A stretch of DNA of 64,000 nt from an uncultured Bacteroidales bacterium. Its GTDB lineage: Bacteria > Bacteroidota > Bacteroidia > Bacteroidales > VadinHA17. The notes below the pieces were generated by a model that did no database searches, was not told the origin of the DNA, and was given only the letters and a program-made list of their open reading frames with translations. Both the position numbers and the translations under genes were made by a program. The DNA lies in contig CAVUAX010000002.1 in the NCBI GenBank assembly GCA_963739685.1, positions 427,062-491,061 of the forward strand. Direction: 5' to 3'. Below, in pieces: positions 62,266-64,000 of this stretch (position 1 is its first letter; the number at the start of each line of letters is the position of its first letter).

Positions 62266-64000
62266 TGCGTTATTTGTTTGTATTATTACTCCTCTCCCTG
62301 GGCTCACAACTCCCCGGTGCAGATACAGGAGGCTTTCTTAAAGGGGTGATCTTTGACAGCAGGACTCATGCCCCTTTATCAGGAGTTTATGTTATTTACG
62401 GGAAAAATCTGGGTAAAATAACAGATGAAAAAGGAAGTTTCTTTATTAAAGCTAATTCAGAAAAGCTGAAAGTCACCTTTCAGTTCGTCGGATACGAATC
62501 ATTAACAAAGGAGTTCTTAATTCCGTCGGGAGACACTGTTGAAACAGAGATAGAATTGGTCATGAAAATCAGGGAAATTGACCAGGTTGTTGTCAGTGCA
62601 AACAGGACTGAACAGAAGATTGCAGAGCTGACTGTCTCGATGAATATAATAAAAACCTCCTTTCTGTCTGACAATCATATAACTGACGCACAGGAGATTA
62701 TCAACAAGACACCCGGAATAGAGGTAATGGATGGACAGGCTTCCGTGAGAGGTGGAAGCGGATTCAGCTATGGCGCCGGCAGCAGGGTAATGGTATTAAT
62801 AGATGGTTTGCCTGTATTGTCAACTGATGCAGGCAGTATCAGATGGCAATTCCTTCCCCTGGAAAACATTTCCCAGATAGAAATTATTAAAGGAGCATCT
62901 TCGGTGCTCTATGGTTCTTCTGCGCTTAATGGGATTATAAACTTCCGCACTTCTGATGCCGGGAATATACCTGTCACTCAATTCTATGCTGAAACAGGTA
63001 TTTATGGAAAGCCTAAGAATAAAAACTGGGTATGGTGGGATACTCCCCGATCCTTTTCGTCAGTTTCATTTTCCCATCTGCAAAAGTTTGGTAAGACTGA
63101 TATTGGTATCGCCACAAACCTGCTCTATGACGATGGTTACCGGAGGCTTAACGGTGAAAAACTGGGTCGTTTAAGTTTTAAGTTAAAACATCATAACAGC
63201 AGGGTCGAAGGATTAACATATGGACTGAACCTGAATGGAGGACTGACGGTAAAAAGAGATTTTGTCCTCTGGGAAGATGCTATTCACGGGGCTCTGAAAC
63301 AGAATGAATCAACTGCAACGGAGCTGCACGGAAACTTCCTGGCCATCGATCCTTATATCTCGCTCAAAAAGACAAACCAGTATCAGCATGATCTTCGTAT
63401 GCGTCTGCAGCTATCACAAAATCAGTTTCCTGACAATAAAAGCACCAACAGCGATGCCCGGTCACTATTCACCGAATACCAGGGCCGTTACAGGCTGAAC
63501 GGAATATCAGATCTGACAGCAGGTGTAGCAGGGACTTACAATAAGGTTAATTCTCAATTTTACGGTGATCATTCAGGTAGTAATCTGGCTGTATATTCAC
63601 AGCTCGAAATAAGGCCAGGCTCCAAAGTGAAGGCAGTTGCCGGAGCAAGGATTGAGCGTAACTCACTCGACAATATAACGGATAAACCCATCCCGATTTT
63701 CAGGGCAGGAATTAACTGGCAGGCAGCAGATTATACATACCTACGGGCATCATTCGGGCAGGGTTACCGGTATCCTTCAATAGCTGAAAAATTTGCATCA
63801 ACAACACTTGGTTCAGTTAAAATAATACCTAATCTTTCCCTTCAGCCTGAATCAGGGTGGAGTTCCGAAATAGGCATAAAACAGGGCATAGGATCAGGTA
63901 AAATAACGGGTCAGGCTGACCTCTCTGTTTTCTATTTACAGAATAAGGACCTTATTGAATTTTTGTTTGGGCTTTATCCTGGAGGATTGGGATTCAGGGC
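62265..64000 (+). CDS. TonB-dependent receptor with CarboxypepD_reg-like N-terminal domain (partial, runs off the right edge)
   Basis: Absent from the ORF track because it is edge-truncated. Manual translation from ATG 62265 gives MRYLFVLLLLSLGSQLPGADTGGFLKGVIFDSRTHAPLSGVYVIY.... The plug carries ...GIEVMDGQASVRGGSGFSYGAGSRVMVLIDGLP...IEIIKGASSVLYGSSALNGIINF.... The frame is open to the window end. Confidence 0.8.
   Translation, partial: MRYLFVLLLLSLGSQLPGADTGGFLKGVIFDSRTHAPLSGVYVIYGKNLGKITDEKGSFFIKANSEKLKVTFQFVGYESLTKEFLIPSGDTVETEIELVMKIREIDQVVVSANRTEQKIAELTVSMNIIKTSFLSDNHITDAQEIINKTPGIEVMDGQASVRGGSGFSYGAGSRVMVLIDGLPVLSTDAGSIRWQFLPLENISQIEIIKGASSVLYGSSALNGIINFRTSDAGNIPVTQFYAETGIYGKPKNKNWVWWDTPRSFSSVSFSHLQKFGKTDIGIATNLLYDDGYRRLNGEKLGRLSFKLKHHNSRVEGLTYGLNLNGGLTVKRDFVLWEDAIHGALKQNESTATELHGNFLAIDPYISLKKTNQYQHDLRMRLQLSQNQFPDNKSTNSDARSLFTEYQGRYRLNGISDLTAGVAGTYNKVNSQFYGDHSGSNLAVYSQLEIRPGSKVKAVAGARIERNSLDNITDKPIPIFRAGINWQAADYTYLRASFGQGYRYPSIAEKFASTTLGSVKIIPNLSLQPESGWSSEIGIKQGIGSGKITGQADLSVFYLQNKDLIEFLFGLYPGGLGFR

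Overview
AT-rich Bacteroidota-type chromosomal segment with SusC/SusD pairs and TAnnTTTG -7 promoter boxes. I recognised no rRNA, tRNA, CRISPR, transposase, integrase or defence genes. Layout: (1) 1-23.8 kb, all minus strand, holds three SusC/SusD pairs. Two are paralogous copies (one riddled with frame disruptions), each followed by peptidase, esterase or beta-helix genes. A third orphan pair and a DoxX-fusion membrane protein complete this part. (2) 24.4-51 kb, all plus strand, is a 26-kb amino-acid biosynthesis supercluster of four head-to-tail units: ilvDBNC-leuACD-cimA-like-leuB, hisGDCBHAF-IE, pheA-aminotransferase-tyrA-DAHPS/CM-aroA, and a stand-alone trpB2. Each unit is preceded by a TAnnTTTG box, a short leader ORF enriched in the cognate amino acid(s), and a hairpin plus T-run, which I read as leader-peptide attenuators. 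(3) 51-64 kb holds a NIPSNAP protein, fhs, a split corrinoid methyl-transfer module (corrinoid protein, methyl-H4folate:corrinoid methyltransferase, MetH-type reactivation domain), a secreted phosphotriesterase-family protein, a GH28, a deoxyribonucleotidase remnant, an HGSNAT-like acyltransferase, a small lipoprotein and a partial TonB-dependent receptor. Most noteworthy: (a) a roughly 170-nt G/C-run structured tandem element wedged between hisF and hisIE in an otherwise overlap-coupled operon; (b) the stand-alone corrinoid module linked to fhs with no substrate or homocysteine methyltransferase in view; (c) two sharply bounded indel-dense blocks (about 4300-6950 and 29950-34266) that break SusC'/SusD' and ilvC-leuA-leuC-leuD-cimA while the flanks stay clean; (d) the four attenuators. 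I see no obvious novel defence or mobile system. All calls rest on manual translation and motif recognition only, with no database searches.
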